Numbered from the whole stretch's first letter, positions 44,522-54,091 are shown. The stretch is DNA of 63,350 nucleotides, filler included, from Gemmatimonadota bacterium (GCA_003697105.1; 6 parts of 6 records of this genome joined end to end with filler, not necessarily neighbours in it), one strand, 5' to 3'. Program-made: numbers and translations. Notes: generated by a model not told the origin, from the sequence alone.

Positions 44522-44665
44522 TTAACTTTCCGATGTGCTATGCACTAGGAACAAGGCGAGTCCTAAGCAAGCGATGCTTATCCAAAGGTTCGCAACAACT
44601 AACCCGCAAAGAAGCAGTCCAAAACCGGCGACAATAAAACCGGCAGATTGAAGCGCACGTCGCAT
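44522..44665 (-). CDS. Small hydrophobic protein (47 aa; absent from ORF track)
   Basis: GAGGAG RBS; MRRALQSAGFIVAGFGLLLCGLVVANLWISIACLGLALFLVHSTSES; own terminator. Confidence 0.65.
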   Translation of the reverse strand: MRRALQSAGFIVAGFGLLLCGLVVANLWISIACLGLALFLVHSTSES

Positions 44666-44873
44666 TTTTCATCTCCTCAATGTTGGTACGTGATAGCTTT
44701 ACCATTCCACAAAAATCAATGTAAGTAAGCAGTGCGAATTAGATGCCGGTTTTTAAGATAAATGCACCGATTTTAGGTAAGACCTTATCTTTTAAACCGT
44801 TACGAAACTGGCAACGTGCCCTCGCCTTATAACCATTTGTGCTATTTATTGAAAATTCGACAAAAATATAGAC

Positions 44874-44918
44874 AAAGACTCCCATTCGGGGTATCTGATC
44901 CGGAATGGGAGTCTCTTT
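44874..44918 (-). terminator. Terminator after sucC
   Basis: AGACTCCCATTC / GAATGGGAGTCT stem. Confidence 0.7.
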
Positions 44919-44929
44919 TCTAAACCCGG

Positions 44930-46084
44930 TTAATTTGCATTGGCAAGCTCAATAGCGTGTTGAACCACCTCATTCATCGTCGTAAACATAGGCAAATTGG
45001 CTTCTGCTAAAATCTCCTTCGCTAAATCTTCATTTGTACCCGTCAACCGGACCACTACCGGAACATGGACGTCCATGTTTTTCAATGCGGTAACAATCCC
45101 GTTTGCCACATCATCACAGCGTGTAATTCCCCCAAAGATGTTAAATAAAATCGCTTTTACATTGGGGTCATCTAAAATGATCTGCATGGCCGTGGTCACT
45201 TTTTCAGGATTCGAACTTCCGCCAATATCGAGGAAATTTGCCGGTTCTGCGCCAAAATGCTTAATCAAATCCATTGTCGCCATAGCTAACCCTGCTCCAT
45301 TGACAATGCAACCGACATTTCCATCCAATTTGACATAACTGAGACCTTTGGAACGTGCCAAGGTTTCTGCCGGCTCTTCCAGATCGGTATCCCGCATTTC
45401 CGCAATGTCAGCATGACGGTAAAGCCCATTATCATCAATATTTACTTTGGCATCGATAGCCCATACTTCCTTATCTGGGGTCGTAATTAAGGGATTGATT
45501 TCTGCCAAAGAGGCATCGCTACTGGTAAATGCTTGATAGAGCTTCAGCAGAATTCCCGCCGCTTTGTTAACAATTTTGGCATCATCATACAGATTGAACA
45601 TAATTTGGCGGGCTTCATATGCCTGCAAACCATATCGTGGATCCACCGTATGCTTAAATATTTTTTCGGGATGGGTTTTGGCAACTTCTTCGATTTCAAC
45701 CCCGCCTTCTGAACTTGCTAAAATCACCGGGCGTTGCGTCTTACGGTCAATGGTAATCCCCAGATACGCTTCCGAGGCAATATCCTTAGCTTCTGTAACC
45801 AATATTTTTTGAACAATTTGTCCCTTAGGGTTTTGCTGATTGCTAATGCGCATGCCCAAAATGTTAGCGGCATGTGTTTCCACACTTGCGATATCGGGAC
45901 AAAATTTAACCCCACCGGCTTTGCCACGCCCGCCAATATGGACTTGAGCTTTAACCATTACAGGCAAACCGATCTCTTCCGCAATGGTTTTTGCCTCATC
46001 GACGGTTTCCGCAACGTTTCCGGGGGGGATTGGAATTCCAAAACGAGCAAAAATCGCTTTTGCTTGATATTCATGTACGTTCAC
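44930..46084 (-). CDS. sucC: Succinyl-CoA ligase beta subunit
   Basis: HEYQAK, KAQV..GGRGKAGG, EINPL, NGAGLAM, PANFLD.GG, NIFGGI.RCD; GTG start after AAGGAG. Confidence 0.96.
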   Translation of the reverse strand: MNVHEYQAKAIFARFGIPIPPGNVAETVDEAKTIAEEIGLPVMVKAQVHIGGRGKAGGVKFCPDIASVETHAANILGMRISNQQNPKGQIVQKILVTEAKDIASEAYLGITIDRKTQRPVILASSEGGVEIEEVAKTHPEKIFKHTVDPRYGLQAYEARQIMFNLYDDAKIVNKAAGILLKLYQAFTSSDASLAEINPLITTPDKEVWAIDAKVNIDDNGLYRHADIAEMRDTDLEEPAETLARSKGLSYVKLDGNVGCIVNGAGLAMATMDLIKHFGAEPANFLDIGGSSNPEKVTTAMQIILDDPNVKAILFNIFGGITRCDDVANGIVTALKNMDVHVPVVVRLTGTNEDLAKEILAEANLPMFTTMNEVVQHAIELANAN

Positions 46085-46137
46085 GACGCAATCTCCTTTA
46101 ACTAATGAGGTAAAAACTGAACAAATGATACCCAATT

Positions 46138-46830
46138 TTATTGGTAAGATAATTCGATTTTTGTGAGCCGCGGGGGCAGTTCAAACATCGCCGAACGCGG
46201 AATAATATCGGTTTCGATAGAGGTAACTTCTGTGACAGACACTACAGCATACGTTTCAATGTCAAGCCGATTTTTTGTGCGGAGTGGAATCCCTTCCAAC
46301 TGTGTAATTGCCGCAAATGCAGGCGGAGCAAACTGTTTGAGCAGGTCAAACATTGCTAGTGTTTCCGGTTCCAATGGTATCGCGGCGGTCATCCAAACTT
46401 CGCTTGCCGGCACATCACCTTGATAAACTTGATATTTTGTGCAAGGGTATCCCAGAATCGACTCCGTTTCATCTGTCTGCGTTACCGTAATAGGGCGATT
46501 CGTTGCCGTAGAAGAAGCCGCCGAGCGCTGTGCCATCTCTTGGACATCTTGAAAACTCATTTCGGTGTACGTTGAATCCGGGTAGATCGTCCAAATTAGC
46601 CCTAAATCCTTACGAATAATTGTAATTTCTGCGGTAGTAGCAATACGTAATGCCTGATCACTCACCAAATAATGGGTTTGAACCGTCTCCCGCTCGATCA
46701 CTTGATCACCCTGATAATAAACAGTATTCATTTCTTCCGTATAGCGTAACCCTGCCTCAAGTTTCAGAGGAAGCGTAAAAAACAGCACTAACATGAGTCG
46801 AAGTAGGGATTTCGTTACCGTTGTATCCAT
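46138..46830 (-). CDS. Secreted DUF4412-like protein
   Basis: Signal peptide; E.ILGYPC.KY, EVW, G.PL, F..P pattern; start codon uncertain. Confidence 0.65.
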   Translation of the reverse strand: MDTTVTKSLLRLMLVLFFTLPLKLEAGLRYTEEMNTVYYQGDQVIERETVQTHYLVSDQALRIATTAEITIIRKDLGLIWTIYPDSTYTEMSFQDVQEMAQRSAASSTATNRPITVTQTDETESILGYPCTKYQVYQGDVPASEVWMTAAIPLEPETLAMFDLLKQFAPPAFAAITQLEGIPLRTKNRLDIETYAVVSVTEVTSIETDIIPRSAMFELPPRLTKIELSYQ

Positions 46831-47390
46831 TGCCCACCATCCGTTTGAATCCATTCGCCGGGTTTGGCATTTTGTCGATTTCGATTGGCAAAAACCGTTT
46901 GGATTTCAGGGAAGTCGGCATCGGTCAGTTCCGGGTTGGTTTCAATCACCCGGCGCATAATGATCTCACGATCCCGATTTTCTTCCGCGACGATCTCTTC
47001 CAGACGGCGTTGGTAGAGGGTTTCTGCCCGGAGAGGGCAATCCAGAATGGTCAGGTAGCCTTGATTATTCTCCCCAACACATCCCTCTGATTTAAATTCA
47101 GCAATATCATCTTGGTTAAATGCTTGATTTTGAATCGCATCGAGAACACGATTTTTGGTTTGAGAGATACGAGTGAACGGAAGGGGAGTCGGAGAGCGGT
47201 CTTCACGATAGTAAAATGAGGCATTCAGCCACATCCCATCACGTACTGGGTCATACGTACCCTGAATCTGGCGCTCAAGAGCTGTTTTTCTGCCGGTTAG
47301 TTGTAATTCTGGGGTCTTAACCGTTATTGAACAACTGGAAGTAAAAAATAAAAGGAATATTCCACACAAAATCGACCACATCAGAGCCAA
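46815..47390 (-). CDS. DUF1318 / YdbL-like lipoprotein
   Basis: TSS-C lipobox; K..G.VGE...GYL, EN.DR, A.PGEWIQ...G.W. Confidence 0.75.
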   Translation of the reverse strand: MALMWSILCGIFLLFFTSSCSITVKTPELQLTGRKTALERQIQGTYDPVRDGMWLNASFYYREDRSPTPLPFTRISQTKNRVLDAIQNQAFNQDDIAEFKSEGCVGENNQGYLTILDCPLRAETLYQRRLEEIVAEENRDREIIMRRVIETNPELTDADFPEIQTVFANRNRQNAKPGEWIQTDGGQWIQR

Positions 47391-47615
47391 AACCGCACGG
47401 GTTAAGCATCAACAAATCCGTTTTGCCCGCAAAGTAACTAATTTGAGAGGTTCTGTCAATGTGGTTTTAAAATAGAAAAGAGGCAGCTTCCCCATTCACT
47501 GCCTCTTAGCTTTCTTGAACTTCCCAAAAAGCTGCGAGATGAAACCCCACGTCTATTTAATTCTCGCATAATATTAGGTTAGTTGGTTCTTTATATCATC
47601 TCCTTTCCATATTGA

Positions 47616-47891
47616 TTAAAATTTAAAGATATACAATTTTTTGGATACTTTTGAACGCCCGGCTTTCGTTACTGCCGCCGGTTGAACGTTCACTTTACGA
47701 ATTCGTTCTCCGGGTTTAATTACCGGAATCTTTTCTAAAGCGTTTTTGATAATCCGACTATCTTCCACCTTCCCTTGATTGTAGCCCGAAGGAAGTGCCT
47801 TAATCTTATTTTTCGGCACTTCCTCGGGCTGTCCCATTAAAAGGGGAGGGAGGAGAAAAAGGATAATCAGTGTTAACGGAATCGTTTTCAT
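47616..47891 (-). CDS. Small hypothetical secreted basic protein
   Basis: MKTIPLTLIILFLLPPLLMG signal-like start; Lys-rich. Confidence 0.5.
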   Translation of the reverse strand: MKTIPLTLIILFLLPPLLMGQPEEVPKNKIKALPSGYNQGKVEDSRIIKNALEKIPVIKPGERIRKVNVQPAAVTKAGRSKVSKKLYIFKF

Positions 47892-47985
47892 TGTCAAGAT
47901 GCACAAGATGTTGAAGTGTTTAATGCTTGATGTTTGTAGCCTCTTTGAGCACGTGTTGTGCCAATAATAAAACAAAATAAAAAAA

Positions 47986-48085
47986 NNNNNNNNNNNNNNN
48001 NNNNNNNNNNNNNNNNNNNNNNNNNNNNNTTAATTAATTAANNNNNNNNNNNNNNNNNNNNNNNNNNNNNNNNNNNNNNNNNNNN
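47986..48085. other. Artificial contig spacer
   Basis: N44-TTAATTAATTAA-N44. Confidence 0.97.
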
Positions 48086-48295
48086 AAGGTAAAATCACCC
48101 GGCACTTCTTTCTCATGGGGCGGCAAAAGTTGCTCATCACCAACGCCGTGCAACGATTCCGCATCCAAAATAACATCGACGACGGTGCCTTTGAGAAAAT
48201 GAACGCCTTTATCAATTTTAAAGCATGAGTTTTCCAGAGTTTTCAGAGAAAGTAGAAGAAAGTGGACTTTTTTTCAAGTTTTGTCGTGTACTATG
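48086..48295 (+). mobile_element. Possible right end of an insertion sequence (ORF tail 48088-48228 plus terminal repeat-like TTTTGTCGTGTACTATG)
   Basis: Open frame from contig edge to TGA 48228; terminus resembles IS4-family ends as recalled, not verified. Confidence 0.35.
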
Positions 48296-48418
48296 CCGGG
48301 CGCTTTATACAGAAGAAACACGAAACATCATCGCTAAAAGATTTGAAAAAGATATTGATATGTTTCACTATACGTTTTAAGCGATAAGCGGAGTATTGCT
48401 GGGTTACATGAATAAAAC

Positions 48419-48449
48419 AAAAGGCGATCCGGTCATGGATCGCCTTTTT
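48419..48449 (-). terminator. Terminator after STAS gene
   Basis: AAAAGGCGATCC / GGATCGCCTTTT stem. Confidence 0.75.
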
Positions 48450-48475
48450 GAATCCAGAAAACATAAGGAATGGTG

Positions 48476-48814
48476 TCAACCAAAACTCTTGATCGCGTCC
48501 TCTTCGTTGGTAAAATTTTCAAAGACGGTAATCAGTTGGGTCACGGTAAGGAGATGTTCAATGCGCTTGGTGGCATTTAACAATTTTAGTTCACCTCCCG
48601 CATTTCGCATACTGGTTAAACAGGAGATCAAGCTACCCAACCCACTACTATTGATCCGGGGGACACCTCCCAAGTCAATCAACACTTTACGTTGTCCTTC
48701 TGCGATCAATTCTTTAATTTTATCTTGGAGTTTAACTGCATCTGGACCACCGACCAGCTCGCCTTTGAGTTCCACAACGATGACACCGTGTGCATAACGG
48801 GTATTAATTTTCAT
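48476..48814 (-). CDS. STAS anti-sigma factor antagonist
   Basis: L.GEL.GG, V..INSSGLG.L, GGELKL, L.VTQL..VF; AGGAGG RBS. Confidence 0.92.
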   Translation of the reverse strand: MKINTRYAHGVIVVELKGELVGGPDAVKLQDKIKELIAEGQRKVLIDLGGVPRINSSGLGSLISCLTSMRNAGGELKLLNATKRIEHLLTVTQLITVFENFTNEEDAIKSFG

Positions 48815-48849
48815 CTTATCCTCCTGAGATGATGAGTAAATGTATCAAG

Positions 48850-50532
48850 TTAAGAAAACGCTTTGGCAATTTCATCAAGTGTGGTGATACCCCGCGCAAA
48901 TTTTAGTAAGGCATCTTCTTTTATCGGTCGCATGCCTTCTTTGATGGCTTCCATCCGAATTTCATGCGAAGGTGCGCCTTGGATCATCATATCGGCAATT
49001 CTAGGGCTGACCGGCATGACCTCAAACACGGGTTGTCGCCAGCGATAGCCGGTGTGATAGCAACGGTCACATCCTTTCCCGACATAATAGGTTCGTCCGG
49101 CTAATTTCTGGGGGTCAATGCCAAACCGGACAAACCGGTCTTCTTCAATCTCAGTTGGTGTTTTGCAATGTTCGCAAATTTTACGAACAGACGCCTGAGT
49201 GACGACACATTTCAAAGTTTCGGCGAGTAATCGGATATCTATTTCTCGATTCATCAATTGTGTAAGTGCGTCTTCTGTTCCGTGCGAACCCACCAGCCCG
49301 TATACCCGGCAACGGGTGGCGAGATGCGTGGCAATGCCCAAAATCGCCGTGTCGGAGAGATCACTAATCCCAATCACATCTAAATCTTCATCCTGCAAAA
49401 ATTGTAATGCCGTTGGTAAACTCAATGCCCCTTTGATATTCACTTCCACTTGATTGACCCCTTCCATATAATACTCAATGGGGTCTTCAATACTCACCAC
49501 ATTTTGGTGTTCGGTATTTGCGGTGTTGAGAATGGAATAATAGGTGCGCATTTTTTCGGTTTTATGGGGTCCGGCAAACACAATTAAGCCATAGTGCCCA
49601 CTAATTGCTTTGGAAAGGTCACTAAACGCTTTCCGTTGCAAACCCAATTGGCTAATATCAAGACTTAAGTCATTCTGATTCCAGATTTTAATCAGGATTT
49701 TATCACCATACAAGGTAGGGTAAATTTGAGCCATCATGCGTACCGGATGGTCGTTTATGGTAGCCGAAATTTGGCTTATTTTGGGTTGGCGACGGGCGGC
49801 CCGATCAAATTTAAACAGATTTTCCAGTCGGGATTGGATTTCGGTTCGCATTCGGATGGGCGGGCTGGCTTCCTCATGCAAAACACCGTCAATGCGAAAC
49901 CGAATCCGGATTTTGCGCTCAAAGGGTTCAATATGGATAGCACTTGCTCCTTTCAGAATCGCATCTAAAATCACGGAATTGAGGAGGGTTGCGGCGGGTG
50001 GATCATCGGGGGCATGTCCCCCTGCGGACGTATCGGATAAGGGGTCTTGGACAATCACTTCTACGTTCCCACCGGTGGTGACGGGCAGTTTGCCCAAAGC
50101 GTCCGAAGTGGGGTAGTACTGCATCAGGGCTTGGTCGATGGCGGTTTCCGAAGCCACAAGCGTATGAATATCAAAACCGGTACGGAATCGAATATCATCA
50201 ATTGCGATCATGTCTGTGGGGTCAGACATCGCTACCGTCAATCCCTTTTTCCCTTCTCGTCCAATGGGTATCACCTTATATTTATAAGCCATATCCGAAG
50301 AAATCAGATTTAATGTACTCTGATCGATGGAGACGCTCCCGAGGTCAATTCGCGCAATGCCCAATTGGCGGCTGATCCCCGTTAACAATTGGTCTTCGGT
50401 CAGGTAGTTCATCGCCACCAAATGACTACCTAATTTACCACCATGTTTTTTCTGTGCGGTTAGGGCTTGTTTGAGTTGAGCCTCCGTGATCAAGCCTTCC
50501 GCGAGCAACATTTCGCCCAATCTGCGAGCCAT
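48850..50532 (-). CDS. PilB/GspE-family protein with MshEN domain and degenerate ATPase site
   Basis: RLGEMLLAEGLITEAQLKQAL..Q; IHIEP, RFRIDGVL, EDPIEY, C..C/C..C retained; Walker A reads GPHKTEK. Confidence 0.88.
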   Translation of the reverse strand: MARRLGEMLLAEGLITEAQLKQALTAQKKHGGKLGSHLVAMNYLTEDQLLTGISRQLGIARIDLGSVSIDQSTLNLISSDMAYKYKVIPIGREGKKGLTVAMSDPTDMIAIDDIRFRTGFDIHTLVASETAIDQALMQYYPTSDALGKLPVTTGGNVEVIVQDPLSDTSAGGHAPDDPPAATLLNSVILDAILKGASAIHIEPFERKIRIRFRIDGVLHEEASPPIRMRTEIQSRLENLFKFDRAARRQPKISQISATINDHPVRMMAQIYPTLYGDKILIKIWNQNDLSLDISQLGLQRKAFSDLSKAISGHYGLIVFAGPHKTEKMRTYYSILNTANTEHQNVVSIEDPIEYYMEGVNQVEVNIKGALSLPTALQFLQDEDLDVIGISDLSDTAILGIATHLATRCRVYGLVGSHGTEDALTQLMNREIDIRLLAETLKCVVTQASVRKICEHCKTPTEIEEDRFVRFGIDPQKLAGRTYYVGKGCDRCYHTGYRWRQPVFEVMPVSPRIADMMIQGAPSHEIRMEAIKEGMRPIKEDALLKFARGITTLDEIAKAFS

Positions 50533-50728
50533 GTCTCCTCCAAACTGATGAAGCCATCGCCATTTAAGGATTTAATTTTCACAAGTTTACTACATGCTCT
50601 CAAGGATTGTCAAGCAATTTCCTTGTACCACACAGGACGGCGCATAACCGGAAAACTTCTTGACAAATTTGACGTCGTCCGGTAGGATCATTTAACTATT
50701 TTTTATCTGAAATAGTTGGGAGTTTATC

Positions 50729-50881
50729 ATGTTCACAACATTTGCTAAATACATACTGCTGGCAATGGTCATTCTGGTGATTGTGGGACTTATCGCGAAG
50801 ACCTTCAAACTGGCACTGGGTTTCGCACTGGGTTGCTTGCTGATCGCCGGAGTACTCTACCTACTCGATAAAATTTTATAA
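50729..50881 (+). CDS. Small 2-TM membrane protein (50 aa; absent from ORF track)
   Basis: TTGACA-17-TAGGAT promoter, GGGAG RBS; MFTTFAKYILLAMVILVIVGLIAKTFKLALGFALGCLLIAGVLYLLDKIL. Confidence 0.7.
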   Translation: MFTTFAKYILLAMVILVIVGLIAKTFKLALGFALGCLLIAGVLYLLDKIL

Positions 50882-50985
50882 CCTGCTGGTATTTCCCACG
50901 AAAGAGTTGACGCATCCCTCCTATTTGTGATATACTTATTTTTGCCGGGAAAATAAGTCGAATATCATCTTAGAAGGTTGTTACT

Positions 50986-51744
50986 ATGATTAAAGTAAAA
51001 TCTATTTATTTGAATAATCATCCGGCAACGATAATTCAAACAAGTCAGGATGAACCGCCACACCGGATCGTCCAAAAGCTTGATATACCATCGCCCCGGG
51101 CGGTGCTTGTCCTCAATGGGGGAACAGCTAAACTGGATGAGAACTTGCAGGAACATCTCCGTCGATTGCTCCAAGAGGGTGTTGCCAAATACGTTGCGGA
51201 ACACGGTGTTGTAGTGGTCACCGGTGCTACCGATGCCGGCATTTTTTCAATATTTGGTGAGGGATTACACCGTTACAACGTTCAAACCCCCTGTATTGGC
51301 GTAGCCGTAAAAGCATTGGTCACCTGGAAAGGTCGCCTGCCCCGATGGTTACCCCACCAGTGGCTGGACAACGGGCGCGAACCCTTAGAACCCCACCATA
51401 CCCATTTTGTACTGGTGGATGGTAAGAACTGGGGCGACGAAACGGAAATGATGTACCGTCTGGTACAAGAACTCTCCCAAAATTGCCCCTCATTGGCAAT
51501 TTTTGCTGGCGGCGGCACCATTACCCTCGGTGAAATGGAACTCAATGTCAGCCAACAACGACAGATGATTTTGATCGAAGGTAGTGGACGCACCACCGAT
51601 TCGGTGGTCGAGGAACATTCGGGAATCTCAACGGTAAATCCGCGCTTTACCAACATCGCCAAAAAAGGTCGAATATCGATATTTTCATTGCAGGATAATC
51701 CAGAAAAATTGGAACAGATGATTCATCACCTGCTGTTTTCATAG
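50986..51744 (+). CDS. Stand-alone SLOG domain protein, TRPM-like (LSDAT) family
   Basis: VL.GG, VTGATDAGI, IGVA, LEPHHTHFVLVDG..WGDE, GGG, IEGSGR.TD. Confidence 0.85.
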   Translation: MIKVKSIYLNNHPATIIQTSQDEPPHRIVQKLDIPSPRAVLVLNGGTAKLDENLQEHLRRLLQEGVAKYVAEHGVVVVTGATDAGIFSIFGEGLHRYNVQTPCIGVAVKALVTWKGRLPRWLPHQWLDNGREPLEPHHTHFVLVDGKNWGDETEMMYRLVQELSQNCPSLAIFAGGGTITLGEMELNVSQQRQMILIEGSGRTTDSVVEEHSGISTVNPRFTNIAKKGRISIFSLQDNPEKLEQMIHHLLFS

Positions 51745-51765
51745 TGGGTTAGGAGGTTCACCGGC

Positions 51766-53784
51766 ATGCTTGAAAAATGGAAGGGGATACTCAACACAGA
51801 TTTAAAACAGGTAATGGCAAAAAATGATCCAGCAGTGACCCCCGGTGAACTACCAGAGTCCGAAGAGCATTCCAACCCAGAAAAAGCCAGCCCAGATCAT
51901 CCCGAGGCAACGATCATTACATTCCCCAACGGCAACCAAGCTCGCTTGACCACCACTCCAATTGGTCGTGATCCGCAGGAAATCCTAGATGAATTGGGAA
52001 TTAAGCCCCCGAAAGCGCTCATTTATAGTGTGGGCGGAACCTCTGGGTTAGATGACCGTCTCCACGCTCGGTTACAGCAATTATACAGTCGGGCAATCGC
52101 CCGCACTGCCGCAGAGGTGGAAGCAATTACCGTCGATGGGGCAACAGAAGCTGGCGTTATCCAACTAATGGGGCAAGGCGTGGCAGACCGGGGTCGTAAA
52201 TCAATTTTGCTCGGCGTTGCCCCGATTTCAAAAGCAACCTATCCGGGAGATCCGCATCGCGCTGAAAAAGAAGAGTGTTACCCACTCGATCCCAATCACA
52301 CCCATTTTGTGCTGGTGGAATCCGAAAATAACGATTGGGGCAACGAAACCTCAACAATGTGCGCCTTGTTGGAAGCACTCGGAAGCAATTCTATCAGTGC
52401 CGTGACCATCCTAGCAAATGGGGGTGAAGTCGCTAAAAGTGAAGTGCTTTACAGTGTGCGGCATGGCTGGCCCGTGATCATCATTGAAGGGAGTGGACGG
52501 GCAGCGGATGAAATCCTGAAACTATGGTATGAAAAACCAGACCGCATTGATGACCCCATACTTTCCGAAATTATCGAAGAGGGTATTATCCATCCCTACC
52601 ATATTGATGATCCCATCAATGGTATGGAACGCCTGATCAAACGCCTCTTACAAGAAGACGTTATCCTAAAAACCGCTTGGGAATGGTTTGCCGTTTATGA
52701 TAAAAATGCCATCCTAAAACAGACCGAATACAAACGGCGCCAAAAACAAATTTTGCAGTTAGGGGTTATCGGGACGGGATTAGCCATCATCAAAAACCTA
52801 TATGAAACATCGATTCAGGCGGCTTTGGGAAATTTCCTAACAAACCCCATCATTGAGACCCTCTACCTCTCCCTCGATAATATGCTCTACGTGATTATTC
52901 TAGCCGTGCCGATCTTGTTGACGATGCTTTCCGACAAGCAAAACAAGCGAAACGCCGGTATGAAACAACTCTATTTGCGTGCAAGTGCGGAAATGCTCAA
53001 ACGGGACATCTACTCCTATCGTGCCAAAGCGGGAGCATACGGGGTAGAAGAACTGGAGGGCACCAGTCCCGAAGCCAAATTACAGGAAAAATTGGATCAC
53101 ATTAGTACCCAATTAGCGCAATCTGATGTGATGACATCCGCACTAGAGCCACATGAGGGTCCCATCCCCCCACAGTATGGTGCGGCACCCGGCGATGATG
53201 GATTTAGCTACCTGACACAGGAAAAATATGTTCAATTCCGTTTGCAAGACCAACTGGACTATTACAAGAAAAAAACCCTTAAATTAGAAAAACAAAAGGA
53301 GCGATTGCACAACTTAATCCTGATCTTTGGCGGCATCGGAACATTACTAGCCGCGATTGGCTTGCAAATTTGGATTGCCCTAACCACTGCTCTGGTCACC
53401 GCATTTACAACGATGCTGGAATACGAAAAGGTCGAGGAAAATCTGCAAAAATTCAACCGTGCCGCCATTGAGTTAGCAAATGTCAAAAGTTGGTGGAACT
53501 CACTCTCACCGGAACAACAAGCCCGCCCGAAAAACATTGATCTGCTCATCAACCGGACAGAAGATATTCTGGAAGGCGAATTCCGCCAGTGGTTCCAACA
53601 AATGCAACAAGCGGTTGAAGAACAGGCAGAAGAAACCAGTGAAGCCACCGGTCTGGAACGGGAGAATAAAACCAAACCCATCCTCGAGTTTTTGGGAACG
53701 GAAAATCCCAAAACGGAAGACTCCGCCTCGCCAAAACAGACTGCCAACACCGCCACTACTTCCAAACCAGTACCCCCTGATTGA
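51766..53784 (+). CDS. TRPM-like SLOG domain fused to two SLATT (DUF4231-like) 2-TM domains
   Basis: VDGAT.AG, LDPNHTHFVLV, WG.E, NGG, IEGSGRAAD; then two TM hairpins, R.SAE.LK...Y.Y and Y...RL.DQL.YY..K. Confidence 0.85.
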   Translation: MLEKWKGILNTDLKQVMAKNDPAVTPGELPESEEHSNPEKASPDHPEATIITFPNGNQARLTTTPIGRDPQEILDELGIKPPKALIYSVGGTSGLDDRLHARLQQLYSRAIARTAAEVEAITVDGATEAGVIQLMGQGVADRGRKSILLGVAPISKATYPGDPHRAEKEECYPLDPNHTHFVLVESENNDWGNETSTMCALLEALGSNSISAVTILANGGEVAKSEVLYSVRHGWPVIIIEGSGRAADEILKLWYEKPDRIDDPILSEIIEEGIIHPYHIDDPINGMERLIKRLLQEDVILKTAWEWFAVYDKNAILKQTEYKRRQKQILQLGVIGTGLAIIKNLYETSIQAALGNFLTNPIIETLYLSLDNMLYVIILAVPILLTMLSDKQNKRNAGMKQLYLRASAEMLKRDIYSYRAKAGAYGVEELEGTSPEAKLQEKLDHISTQLAQSDVMTSALEPHEGPIPPQYGAAPGDDGFSYLTQEKYVQFRLQDQLDYYKKKTLKLEKQKERLHNLILIFGGIGTLLAAIGLQIWIALTTALVTAFTTMLEYEKVEENLQKFNRAAIELANVKSWWNSLSPEQQARPKNIDLLINRTEDILEGEFRQWFQQMQQAVEEQAEETSEATGLERENKTKPILEFLGTENPKTEDSASPKQTANTATTSKPVPPD

Positions 53785-53935
53785 CTGACAAAAGCTATTT
53801 AACTCATTTATTATCAACAAAAAAGTTGCGCTTTGATTTGATTTGGTTTAGATTTTTCCATCTCAATTTACTTGACCCCTCATTCGTGGAGTAGCGATGG
53901 AAACATTGACCCTTTACCGAGCCGTTTTAAGAATA

Positions 53936-54035
53936 NNNNNNNNNNNNNNNNNNNNNNNNNNNNNNNNNNNNNNNNNNNNTTAATTAATTAANNNNNNNNN
54001 NNNNNNNNNNNNNNNNNNNNNNNNNNNNNNNNNNN
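53936..54035. other. Artificial contig spacer
   Basis: N44-TTAATTAATTAA-N44. Confidence 0.97.
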
Positions 54036-54091
54036 ACAAACTCATAAACTCACAAACTCATAAACTCACAAACTCATAAACTCACAAACTC
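54036..54091. repeat. Octamer tandem repeat (AYAAACTC)x7 abutting a start codon
   Basis: Alternating ACAAACTC/ATAAACTC from contig edge to ATG 54092. Confidence 0.95.

Noticed and set aside
44930-46084. sucC without sucD
   Set aside because: Split sucC/sucD is common in FCB-group bacteria
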